A stretch of 64,000 nt of DNA, taken from the NCBI GenBank assembly GCA_051362555.1, contig CM120641.1:43096401-43160400 (forward strand). The letters run 5' to 3'. Below are positions 27,771 to 41,143 of the stretch, one piece after another (position 1 is the stretch's first letter; the number at the start of each line of letters is the position of its first letter). The DNA comes from Lingula anatina (Eukaryota > Animalia > Brachiopoda). The notes under the pieces were generated by a model. That model ran no database searches. It had not been told where the DNA came from and saw only the letters and a program-made list of their open reading frames with translations. Position numbers and translations under genes: made by a program.

Positions 27771-30700
27771 ATGGCTGTTACACAGGTAAGATATCTGTGT
27801 TTTTTACTAATTTTTCAGATATCAGGTAGCAATGTTTAGTACTTGTAGATGTTAAATAAGGTGTCGTTGTTACGCGAGATAGATGTTAACTGTTATAATC
27901 AGCTTAGTACTCGTTTCGTTTGGATTTAGATAAATGTAAACAATCGACTCGTCTAATACCTCTGCGATTGGCACGCATTGGGTTGCATTGATTAGAAGGA
28001 ACTTAAGCATGTCAGGGATGTATGAGCGAAAATCTGGCATTCTCAATATAAGAATATGAAGATAATTCCCAGTTCTTGAGTTTGAATTTATGCCTCCTGG
28101 ACTTTGTAATACTAAAATTACAGGGTTGAGATTTATCCATGTTCACACTGATAGACATGACACGGCCTCAAATGATCAATATGGCTTAAGATTTTAGTAA
28201 TCTTATCGCCGTTGTAATAAGTCATGACAAGTTTACTTAAACCTCTGACTGAGCAGATTTAAAACTGAATCAATTATTAACATTGCCTTCTCACCACATA
28301 TAATTCAGGCAACACAGAATATAATAATGGTTTAATATTTCAAAATTCTCATAACTGAAAAAAATGAAATATAAAAAAGAAAGGCGTACACAACCATTAA
28401 TAATATTGTCCCGCTTTAATGTTTGACCGCGTATACATGTGCCGCAGTTGCCATGAAAACGTAGACACAAACTGTGGCGGCCTCCTGCAGTATTCCGTGA
28501 GAGAACACTTTTAAGTAGCAAAATAAATTGCTGCGGCGTGTATTGTGTTCCTTAGTCACTGCTAAGAGAGGCGTGATAGGGTGACAACACAGAACACACT
28601 GGATACAGGCTCTGATATCGTAAGTCAAAGTTATAATATGACACCAATTTCACCTTTGTATTTAGCTTCTGTTTCTTTTTTTTTCTTTTTTCTTGTTCGA
28701 AGCATTTAACGATACATCTTGTGTTGTCTGTTTGACTGACAACCTGTCAATAATTCTGCGGGACAAAACGTGAGGGTAGGTTTAGGTAACACTCTTACGG
28801 CTACTCAGGTTTAGTCCATCTACATCAAGTTAGTCACAGCTACACAAATAATTGTGCCCAGACTTTCTTGACGAATTCTTGGGAGGTCCAAACTATTAAA
28901 GCAAGGTCCTTATACCCAAAGGAGGACCCTACTGACCCTTGTAAGGCTCTGTCGTCCATGGAGGGCCTGCTGCTCTCAGGGAGAACTCTGCTGTGCCCGG
29001 GAAGTAACTACTGTTTCCATTCGAAGGTCCCTACTTCCCTGGGGTGACGATCTTCGGAGGACCTGTTTCCTTTGGGGGGGGGGGGGGGGGACCTTAGAGC
29101 TCCCGAGAGTACCCAGCTGTCCTCGACAGGAGAGTTGAATAACAGAAGTACGTACTACTGTAATTGGGAATTAGGTGTATATCAATTTTTCATTCCAGCC
29201 ACGCTTCACCCCAGCCACACCATGGCGGACGGTGAAAGATCCGGTCATGGAGGAGACCGACCTGCACCGCGCCATCACCGACGGCTCTGGGAAATCCTTG
29301 TCGCAGGCCCTTAGGATTATCGAGCGCATGTCTAAAGACGAACTACTTCTCAAAAGTCAGGAAGACACTGGGACGTTCCTTCACCTCCTGGTGTCCAATA
29401 GCGAGTTGTTCTGGTCTAAGAACGCCAGCGTTATGCCCGCCGTCCCCATTATCTATAAGTTGGCGCTGTCTGGACTGGACGTGAACGCCCGGAATATCCA
29501 TGGGAATACAGCCCTCCATATAGCCTGCTTCAAACCACATGCTGAGGCGTTTATTGAACACCTGATACGAATAGGTAAACACCTAGCCCCCCCTTCTCCC
29601 TCCCCCCCTCTCTCTCTCTGCCACGTGCGTTAAAATTTTTTTATAATGTTTCTAATCAATTGAAAAATAATTTTCTCATCAGTTGAAGTAATCACGCATA
29701 TATTGAAAAAATGCATGGCCCCGTTTTTTATCGTCTCAGGTTTAGATCCTTGCCTCAGTAACAGGAAAGGCTGCAAAGTCATTCACTCTTACAGTCATCG
29801 TTTATGCCAGATCATTAAGGGACAGCCGGCAGCCAAGTCTGGGTTCTGGAGTGCAGGTAGGAATACAAAGTTCATAAATGATTTCATACCCGTTCCAGAC
29901 GCTCCAGTACCGTTCGAAACTTACATTGTAGGTTCAAATGCCAAAGGAGTCATGTATTGTATTACCTTATGCCTTAATGGTTCATCAAGCACAACTGAGA
30001 GATAATAAAGTCAATTAGTTTCAAAATCACGCACGCAAGGAACAACAAAAAAGGCTATCGGGTTCAACCTAAATGTGAATGTGGTTTGTAGCTCGAGCAA
30101 TTATTCCAGCAGCTTGACGTATGAATGAGATGCTAAAAGCGCAAACGCACAATATCGTTTACTGAAAAATCAATTAACACCACATAAAAAACCATGGCAA
30201 CCAGTGGTAAAGTGTGTATGGCAACAAAAACTGGCGATAACACTCATGTTTCACCAACAGCCGTATTCCGTATAAGCTTTGAAAATACACTCTTTGAGCA
30301 AAATTAAGCTTATTCCAATTATTTTGTTATCAAAATTCCAATTGCAATTCCAATCGTTGACTCTTAATTGTCAGTGACTCCTCTTGAATTTCTTGCGCTA
30401 AAAATAATTGTTATTTTATTTGAAACCTTTCCGTTTTCTGTCCATTTCATCTAGTTGACTGTGAAGATCTGGTCCTGGCTGAGAAATACCTCAAAATGTG
30501 GTGTCGGGTGAAGGTGAAGCGGGCCACGAAGACGCTGAAAGACGTGTGCGAGGACACAGGTAGCACGGAAATGATGAATCTCCTGAACAAATACGAGCTG
30601 ATGAATGAGATGGTCTGTGCAGCAATGGCAGGAGACACCAATAAAGTCAGCGCCATGCTACAAGATGCAGGTAGGTAAAACTGCCACTGTAAACTACTTG

Positions 30701-33700
30701 CATGTTATCACATCGTGATGAAACAGAAGAGATTTAATTTCAGAATTTGTTCGAAAAAGATTTTCGTTATTGAAGATTTAATGCTGGATACGATAAAATT
30801 ATGTACATAACGGAATCTGAGACTTCGTACTAACATACGCTCTCTTTTGAATTTTTTCAAACTTAAATTAAAAATATGAATTAAAGTGTGTCCGTAAGTG
30901 AGTGTGTGTGCGCGCGTGCGCACACACACACACATATTAATGTGTGTGTTTATATACTCCAGGCAGAGCCATTGACCTTAACACCAAAGACCACTCCTTC
31001 GAAGTCCCCAAGCCTCTGGTCATCTCACTGCAAGAAATCGGTCAAATGATAGAACCAGTGATTACAATACTGCTGAACAATGGCTTTAACAATGGCAGTG
31101 ATTATGCAGGTAACAAAATTTCATTTTAAAGAAAATGGATGGGGTATGCAGATTCATAAGACTGGGATATACAGAATCTTTGATATCATTTAAGTTAAAA
31201 AAAACCAAAGGGTTTAATCGGAAGTAAACATAAAATATACAATTTGAGAACAAAACAGTTAAGATTCATAGGGTGCGGCGTCCAAATTCAGCATATTAAA
31301 GGAACCAAATTATTGCTTTCTAGTCGCACTCTGATCTACATAACTTAATAATCACTATTTCATTGCTATATTTGATTTGTTTGCTTCAAGTTGTGACGTA
31401 TATTCCATCACTGTATTGTGCTTTTGTTGCATTTGTCTAACCATTTTTTTCTTTTTGTCTCCAGATCAACTGGAGCGGTATAAAACCTCGTTCGAAGAAT
31501 CTCAGCTGTTCGCAAAACTGGAGGAGAGCACAGTTGACTCCTATCTGGAGGCAATCCAGCTTCTCCAGTTGGACACCAGCTCTCTGGACCTGAAGTTGAG
31601 AAGTCACAAGGAGAACACCAAGGGGTGGACCTATCTTCACTACGTGTGCCATCTGTACAAAAACGCTACCAATATTATTCTGAAAAGACTTTTGATCAGA
31701 ATCATTTACAATCTCGCACTGGCTGGCATTGACGTGAACATACGAGATTCCTCTGGGGAGTCTGCGCTGATTAAGGCGTTTGAAGAGGAAGACCAAACCC
31801 TATTATTTCATATATTAAGAATAGGTAATTACAAACATGATCATTGTATGTTTTATTTCTAATATTTTACCTATTCTGATGTTTTGGTTAATTAACTGAG
31901 TTCAAAAACTGACCTGCCATTTCGCATTGCAATACAAATATACCTTAATAACAATATTAAAAACGACTATAGAGTTAATTATCTTTTTTTACTTATTAGT
32001 GTTGGCAGTTTTAAAATAAGCATATACTTTTCCAGCCACTGTGTATAAATGTGTTTCAGATATTTATGACACTTTAATCGAAAAGCTTATGGTAACTCAG
32101 CAATGGGTTTTCAGGAGTTGATAGTGTAAGTTATTCCAAAAGCTAAACCAACCTCTGAAACTTCACTTTCATATTGATGTGCATGGAGATTGAAGCTGTC
32201 CATTATTCACCAATTTGTTACAGGTGTTGACCCCTCTATAGCCACCCCTGACCACCGGGCAGTGGCCATAACAAATTATAAGTACAAGGGTAAATTTGTT
32301 CTGACAGGGAGTTACAGGCGGGTGGATCAACCGGGTCTCTGGGTTGCAGGTAAGGCGCAACCGGGGGGGGGGGGGGGGGGTCACTTACAGTGTGTAGAGA
32401 AGTATTTTCAAATTATATAATTCATCTCACTCAAGCTTAGTTGAGATTTGATAAAGAAAATGTAAAATATTATACTTTCTTTCGTATTTATATGGCTGAT
32501 ATAATCCAGACGTTTGGCTAAATAGAATTTTATTCTTTAAATTTTACAGTCGAGGATCAGGACTTGGAGAGAACGCGATGTTGGGCGGATTCATGGGCGC
32601 GTGTGAACGTGAAGAAGAATGACCGCAGTTTAAAGCATGTTGCCTTGGCGTTAGAGAACAGACAATTGGTCAGTTTACTGGAAGAGAGCGAGCACACCAT
32701 GGAGTTTGTCTGTGCCGTATTTGCGTGTCACCTGGAAAGGATGAAGAAGCTTTTGGCTTTGGGTAGAGGTGAGAGTGAAACTGATCACGTGACATGTGGT
32801 GCTGAATTTTATATTTTAGATTATTTAGGTAATCAAGTTGTTAAAATTGATCTTATCAGAAATTTGTAAATGGGACTTTCTTCCCACGCCCTAACCTTTT
32901 TTCAAGGAAATGAGTTGCTGTATCTAATTTCTGAACCATAATTCAAATATGCCCTGTATATTTCTGTTCAATAAAAATATGCCAGTTATCTAATACAACA
33001 TATCACGTTTGGTTAACGTATGGAATTCAAGCAGTTCTAAACATTACATTATCTTTTACCCCAGGGAAATGTCTTGTTAACCCAATCGACCCGTATTACA
33101 TCGCTGGGTTTAAGACCGACTATAGTGTAGAGTACGTACAGAGACCTCTGATCATTCCCGCTTTGGAGATCTGTACACCAGAAGTGATAGACTTCCTAAT
33201 ACAGTTTGGAGCTGATCTGGGGAAACACTATGAGGGTACTTTTATTTCTATTTTGTTTAATATTGTTCATAATTGATCAAATTGTCGTTTAATCATTTCT
33301 TTAATCTATTTGTGACAGCTGTAGAGTGGATATATACTGCCACAGTGTCTCGCAAAATACATTCAATTTTTAATCCTACCTTATATTGCTGTTTTAAAAA
33401 TCAGGTGACAAATACATCCCAAATAATCTAGCTAAATGTTTTTGCTTGAAACAAAATGATATATGATTCCAGCAACCGCCCCCTGTGGACCTGCGGCATT
33501 TTGGGCATTTAGAGACGACATTGACAGTCGTAACACCCTGGTTGTGGCACAGCGGGCAGACGTCACACATCTGAGAGACGAGCGAGGAGCCACCATGTTG
33601 CATCTGGCCGTGAAGCGGAAGAACAAACATCTCAAAGAAGAAATCGTCCGCGTTCTTCTTGAGCGGGACATAAACATTGCTGCCCGTGACATCGATGGCC

Positions 33701-35668
33701 TGACAGCAAGGGACTATTTAGAGAAATATGAGGTAGAAAACGCCGAATCCCTGAGAAGCATCATTGATGAGTTTGTGATATATTTTGTTACTGACGATCA
33801 GATTGAGAAAGTAGAGCAGCTAATCCTGGAGGGGTACGACCATATACTAGATATCCAAGGAGTAACGAAGAAAGGAAGAAGAATGCACACAAGGGAACTG
33901 GCCGAAATGAAGCAGTTGAAAGACATGATAAAACTACTAGATGAAATCCCTGAGTACGAGGTGTGTTTTATTAAATAAAGATATTTTACGAGGTGGAGAA
34001 CATATTTACGTGGTATATCAAAACGATTGTAGTTCCGTTTGGCCATAAGTCTCCGTAAAATTTGTAACGGTTTTTGTTTTGGTTTCGAAGAATTTTTAGC
34101 ATGCATACCGTGACGAGTCACAGTCAAAGCATTACAGATATGATTTGACATAAAAAAAGCCATCACCATTAAAATCAAAGATAAAGTAACCTTATCTAAT
34201 GGCAATGTATTTATATCGTCAGCGAGAAATCAAAGTGATGCACTCAGCTATTGAAAACGCCGACATCAAGACTATTTCCAAGAAAGCTCAAGAAAAAAGG
34301 ATAGCATGGGGTAAGTTTGAACTATTTTAATACCCAGATTTTACCAACATGGGTATATCTCGTTCGTCGTTTTCCTTTCCTCGATTTTTTGTTATAACTA
34401 ACCAGATGAACCAATGATCTTGATAGTAGGTCATTGCACGAACTGAATAATACTTTATCAAATAAATCAAGGTACCAATAGACATTAACACAAGAATCTG
34501 GTTGCTGTAGACACGATATCAAAATTCACCTCCTAGTATAACATATATGATGGTTGCAGGGACAGACAGGGGCGGTAGGTCACTAATGCATAAAGCCATT
34601 GTATACGAACAACCGAACGTTGTGGATTTCCTGTCACAGCAGTTTCCAAACATGGTTTACATGAAGGATAACGTGAGTTTTTTTATCAGTCTTTGTCACT
34701 TTACAGGGGGAATAATAACAATTGCTTGAAATGCGAAGTTAAATTAGATTTTTTTCATCATTTTTTAAAGGTGAATTTAATTTTTAGTTAATGGAAAGTC
34801 ATGGCAATTGCATTTCTAAATGTAAGAAGCACAGTGTCGATTTAAATATCTATTTGTCGGAGAAAAAGAACTTCACCAACTTAGATAATTTTTTTTTTGG
34901 TCATCATTTTTTAAAAGATATAATCAATTAAAAAATTTGGACAGAGATATTAAATTAATATTTGTTTCAGCTACTACGCACGCCCCTCCACTATTGTGCT
35001 AGCCTAAAAGACAAGAAGAAAACCTACGGCAAGATTTGGTCCATCCTCAGTCCTGCCGGAGGACACAACAATCTAGAAGCCGTTAGTGTCCAACTCTGTT
35101 GTCCTTGTTTTCTCGTTCAAATCTAATTTATTTCTGCCGTCTCTCTGCGAATATTTATAGTACAGAAGAAACTGTGGTCTTCAAAGTCTATGCTAAACTC
35201 TTTCAAAAATTGCATAATAGCGAAGACCAAATCTCAATATTTCGAGTTCTTTGAAAACAGTGATATGTATCTGATTGCTTCAGCTGACTATTTTGACAAT
35301 CGGTTTGAACTGAATACTGACTGTACTTTTTCTTTTCCAGAACAACCTGACAGTTCATGATTACCTTCGAGAAATGGAAAAGGAAACCCCAAAGAAAGAA
35401 AAGCCAAGAGGAAGGCAATTTTATGACTACAAGGTACTATCAACTGATTTGTCTTGTAAACGTTTCGTTTTATCATACAATATTTCGTCAAAGCATTATG
35501 TAGTGTGGGGCTACACAGAGTAGCATGTTTATGTTTTTGAGTATATTTGATAACAATGAAACGTATTGAATATTGTTTCAGGTTCGGGATTTAGTCCAAG
35601 TTGAAAGACAAAGACAGTACTTTGACATGACCACCCTCACGCAAAGTCAAGAACAGGTAGTTTCATAA
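27771..35668 (+). CDS. Uncharacterised ankyrin-repeat protein (~905 aa) with an internally duplicated module; 3' end uncertain
   Basis: Phase-consistent GT-AG exons: 27771-27785, 29199-29574, 29740-29856, 30455-30670, 30963-31109, 31465-31824, 32224-32349, 32550-32768, 33065-33235, 33473-33960, 34223-34310, 34560-34672, 34971-35081, 35341-35433, 35582-35656 (or read through to TAA at 35668). Ankyrin motifs: DVNARNIHGNTALHIA, GWTYLHY, DERGATMLHLAV, DRGGRSLMHKAI, RTPLHYCA. Confidence 0.85.
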
Positions 35669-35935
35669 AACAATGCCCAAGGAAGATACTTTAAATTTAG
35701 ACTTTAGAAATATGAAAGAAAACGATATATTTTAAGTCTGGATGTTATCCTGTGCATTATCTGTCTCATGAAATAGCACTTGACCCAGGTACAACCGCAA
35801 GGGAAGAATTGCAATGTGGACTGCGGTTCAGTTTAAAATAATTCTTAAAAATATACATTTGTGCCAATTTTTAACTGTATCTTTTCTACTTTTATCAAAT
35901 CAACGTGTACAAGTTTATAAACCAGTAACTAGTTG

Positions 35936-36048
35936 TGATGATGGTGGTAATGATGATGATATATCGTTGGACATTAATTGATCACATCGTCCAATGAAGA
36001 AGAACCATGAGAAGGGGTTGATAGACTGAATGTCTAACACTATCTGGC

Positions 36049-36083
<35 letters not shown>

Positions 36084-36413
36084 CGACACAACCTTTACTA
36101 AATGCAAGGCGATGACTGTTTGAAATTTTCTTGCAAAACTACTAAATAAGCCCCAATGGTGATGGTGGCAATGATGATGATATATCGTTGGACTTTAATT
36201 GATCACATCGTCCAAGGAAGAAGAATCATGAGAGGGGGTTGAAAGACTGCCTGGCGTAATGCTTAGGGACCGCTGTATTCGCGCAATGAAGAAATGCCCA
36301 AAGAAGTTCTAAAAGAACTCATTTCAGTGGGTCATATATATATATATCGACACAACCTTTACTAAATGCAAGGCGATGACTATTTGAAATCTTCTTGTAA
36401 AACTACTAAATAA
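35936..36413 (+). repeat. Local tandem duplication of ~220-250 bp
   Basis: gatgatgatatatcgttggac..gatcacatcgtcc and tatcgacacaacctttactaaatgcaaggcgatgact each occur twice. Confidence 0.8.
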
Positions 36414-37042
36414 ACCCAAACCAGGAATTATTTGTAAATCTTAATAAAATGATTAAAATTGCTGGTTTATCTTTATGAAGAACTTTGAACATACAACTGT
36501 TTTTAAATACTTTCTTCATGCGCAAGCTTTATACACACTCTTGGTAAGAAAGGTTGCCCCAATATGCTTTTATTTACATGAAATGTAAATGATCACTTCA
36601 CAGGCGCGAACTGTGATAAACCGTGCTTTTTTATTCTAGATGCCATATCTAAAATGACTAATGGTGAAAAAAAAGCGGGGAAGGTATCCATATTTTATAC
36701 CATTTATTCAAATTTGTAACATGTACCTCCTCGATGTGATTTCCATAGAGGCAAAGAAAAAAAATTAAAAAGACCACCAAATGTTACCAAATTTACACAG
36801 CATTGGGATGTGCTCCTTAAAGGTCACGTGTCTACAGGTATATAATAGCCTGTATATCTATCGCGTACTACAATTTAGGGCATTTTATGTGTGGTTTACA
36901 ATGTATTTATTACGGAATTTTAAACCTCATATGCAGAGAGAGTTGTTATCCCTTTCAGATGCGTAGTGGAAAAACTGGGTAGAAACCATTCTTTTTGGGT
37001 TTCAGTGTGTGCGTCTGTCTTTCTCGCTCTTTTTCTATGTAC

Positions 37043-37100
<58 letters not shown>
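37043..37100. repeat. (GT)n(GA)n microsatellite
   Basis: Directly visible. Confidence 0.9.
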
Positions 37101-37101
<1 letters not shown>

Positions 37102-40100
37102 GTGGTCCGAATCACCATCTGGATCAAATAATCTTTGAAGGATTCATCAACATTGCGAGATAGGGCCAACGTCCTCGTCCTTATGCAATGGATGAGCTCT
37201 CAACTACCACAATCTGTAGGCCTACAGGTAGTTTTGGACCTTCAGTCCCAACTGGGTGGCCAAAGTTCATTAGTAGCACGTGGAAGCCCATTCAGTCAAT
37301 GTGTGGTAGCAATTTAATTTAAATATTATATAAATGTTCATTATATGACATCCGGATGCTCTTACGAAAAAGGGAAGGAAATTACTCACGTTATGAAAAT
37401 CAAACAAGATATAACAATACTTTCTGTAAAATCATGCAGCTGAAGAGTTGTTCTAAAGAAAAATGTAACGTAAAAAGAGTTGGGTAATATTGAATCAGCT
37501 ATAATCAAATGGGTCAAAGGGAATCTGAGGTCAACCTTGAGGCATTTGTGTCAACTTTGATTTTATTAGGGCACTTTTTTTTTACAATACTTAAGATATA
37601 TGAAAGATACAAATGCTGAAGGGGTGTTTCTGAATAATGCTCACCACTTGATAGATTGGCTAGTTATTAATAAAAATTATACTAATTTATTTAGATGAAG
37701 GGTTGTTCTTAAAGGTAAAGTTACAATGATTATATATTAGTGTAAGATGTTGCCAAAATGGGTCAAATTTAAAGATTAATATCAAAATTTTCTAGCAAGG
37801 CAAAATGTGATTTTTGACATCTTAATTGAAGTTGGCGCTGTTGGATTTTTCTTTTTTACCCCTGAAACATGAAAAAAGTAAATAAAGATAAATAGATAGG
37901 AAAATGAACATACATGTATAAATTAATATAAATGCCTGGGCGAGTTTACAGATCAATGCCAGACCGCATGAAATTTTATCACAGCCTATATGGTCTGAAA
38001 AATTAATAATTGAAAATAAAAGTTTCTGCTTGAAAGATTGGTGAGATAAAGGAATTTACTTCAGAGGCAGATTTTTTGTCCTCTCCCCCTTCGATTTCTG
38101 AAAAAAATCACACGAATATTCTCCACTTGAAATTAGAATTTTGGCTAGCTGAATCATAGTTATAAACCGTACCAAATGTTACCGTTCGCCCTCTAAAATA
38201 CCAAAAATTCCCGGGGCCTTTAGCGGGCCCCACACTGTGTGTGTGTGTGTGTGTGTGCTCCTTATAACATGTTCTTAAAAAGCAGTCGCCCATCCTTAGA
38301 CAGTAACACTGGGAAACAAAAATTGGGGATTTATTTGGAAAAGACACATGGGTCTGATTTACAGTGCACCTTTTTTGTACACTTATGATGCGAGCTTGCA
38401 AACATTGCAGTTCAAGATAAACATTGTATTTACTTCTCAAATTATCGGTAGGAAAAATGAAGCTTTGTGGGTCACGGGTATGTACCTTTTGCCAAATTGA
38501 AACCGAAACATTTTAAAATACATTAATTTTGGGAGTGTGCTCATGCCCAGAACACATGGACATGACTCCTAGAGAGTATTCGACAAAACCATAAATTACA
38601 GTTCGAAAGTAAACAATAGAGTTGTGGGTGTAAGGTGCCGTTGATAACAGACTGCAAGGTCCTCAGATCGTCGAATTGCTCATTCAGCAATTTATCACTT
38701 TATGAAGAGCTTGAGCCGAAATACTTAATGCCCGTTCATATATCAATACTTATCGCTGCGACTCGTACTCTAATTTCTTGCAGGCAGATAAAAAGATTGC
38801 TCAAATTATCAATGACTGGAACAGAGTCAAATTCTCAATAGAAAACCCTCTCACCTGATGACCCTGCAATAATATGCAATAAATTACATTTATGTTGTTT
38901 TAAATCTATGTACTAATTTCATTATCAATACATCAAAATGTAGTGATGCTTATATATGTCAAGTGTACGTACCAAATTATGTAGATAATACGTGTAATAA
39001 GATATGATAACACGTATATGTATTTGTTGCTATAAAGTACATATGTATGTTCACTTGTTAATGAATAATCTCTGTTTGTCATATGATGGGCCTACTCTTT
39101 GTGATGATAGATGCTCCTATGTTTGTACATAGACACTTTTGATAAGTACTCGTATCCATATATGTCTGATCGATGTTAAAATTAGAGTAGTTCGTATTGA
39201 AAAAATCCTGACCGTCTTCTGGGTCTTCCAGTGCCATGTGTGTAAGTAAGTGAGTGTGTGTACGCGGAGTATAGTTAACTTTGTAGAAGAGGTGAAAGCA
39301 ACATTCCTTGTTATAAACAGACACTGTAAGTTTGACGTTACTGAATCTGCTTCTTTACATTTGCTGTTTTTACAAGTTTTTTTTTTGTTGTAAATATTAT
39401 AGCCATATTTTTGCTGCTTGGTGTCTGTATATTTGCCAGCTTTGCTGTCTAGTTCACCTTTTTCATCATCATTTACAGCATCATCATCACTATTTTCCAC
39501 AGGGTGAGCTAGTAGTCTGCTACAAAACTGTTTTATCGCTCATACTTTAATATTGAAACTATTTTAAAAGACCCTGATATCAAAGGGTATCTCACACCAT
39601 GTGGTATCATTTTTGTCAAAACGCAAAGCAATCATTTCAAATACATCGACATCGTTGTTATCACCACCATATTTGATATGAATAAAGTTACGGCATTTAA
39701 AATTAAATTAACAAGTATTTGTATATAAAGGTTCAGTAACGTTGCCGGGTTTTTTTCAATTGGTTTATTTTTGCATAGGGTAAACTGCCTTTAATTTATT
39801 CATTCATGCATTCATCATATTCAGTACTTATGTCGGCTGTGGATTGTATCTCCACATCTCTTTTTCAGCGTCTTTATATAGGGTAAGACCAATTAAGGCG
39901 CTTGTACAATCGTTTCATATTTACATTTCATATTTAATAATTACCCATAACTTAAATCAAACATAGGCCACAAAAAGCGCTTTTTTTATTAAAGATTTAA
40001 TTTACGCGAAGTCCAATTCCGTTTTCCGCTGGCAGTTTTTAAACAGAACAACTGAGAGTGATTTTTTATAAAGATGGCATCTGTTGGTCAGTGATAACCC

Positions 40101-41143
40101 TGTTTAATAAGTGCGGTCAGTACATCATCCAAAGCGTTTATGAGGTCATAGGTCATTGGACATTACTATCGCAGAAAGTCTATAGTGAGAGGCGTTCTCG
40201 TTATCTGCAAAGATATGCACCACGAGGACTGCCCGACTCGGATTGTGTGTTCACACAGTACAACATTATACTGTAGCAGTAGTACAAAACATTGTGTACT
40301 TGACTGGAAGTCATACTTTTAAAAGTTCTTTGCTCTTATGAGAGAGTTATGATTGAAATAAATTACAGAGCTGACCGGTCAGTCATAACCACCAAAGGGG
40401 ATTTTCATCCACTATAATGTTAATTATTGTGAGTAAACTAATTGCAAATTAAATGCCGTCGTAATGAGTCATGCTTATAAATACGAAGATTATGTAACAA
40501 CACTGTGGTCTCAGTTTATGTATTACAAGATAACAACAGCAATGTGCGACCATAGTCTGTTCATGTTTAATCATAAAGTATCAGAATTTAATTTTTTAAT
40601 TCTACTAAGTACGTGATGACTGGGTAGGTATTGAGCATTGTGTCAAGGGGAGGCTGTCACGGGTTTAAATTTGAAGTGCAATATCAGACCACAGTTGAAT
40701 TGGTTTTCCTCTTACAACGTACTACATACTCTGTAGACCCAAGGAAGCCGAAAGAGCACAGTTGATATTAAGACGCCATTTTAATGTGGAGATTTTACGT
40801 GCCGGTAAGGTAAGTCTGGTTTTCGTAAGTAAATCTTCGTATATTAGTTTATCTCATAGTGTTAAGCCATACATAGGGCACTAATAATATCCTCACATAT
40901 ATTGTACGATAGGTTAAAGTACAATTTTGTCAATAAATTGTGGGAGACGGGTTTGAATACGGAGCAAGACTAGATTGAAGTATTTTGACGCAGTAATGCG
41001 TTTACTGAGCCGAGCGGGTGGCTCATTTTTTTTTAAATAAGTAATATTTTGGTTAATATTCATAATCAGCTGAGTCCCGTCCAATTGTAATGATGAAAAT
41101 TCTATTTCAGTCTGTATGGGACGTGCAATGCTGAAGCTTCCTC

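Noticed and set aside
36640-36982. Candidate terminal exons for the ankyrin gene (AG at 36638-39 or 36957-58)
   Set aside because: They give only very short peptides; cannot be distinguished from read-through to TAA at 35668 without transcript data.
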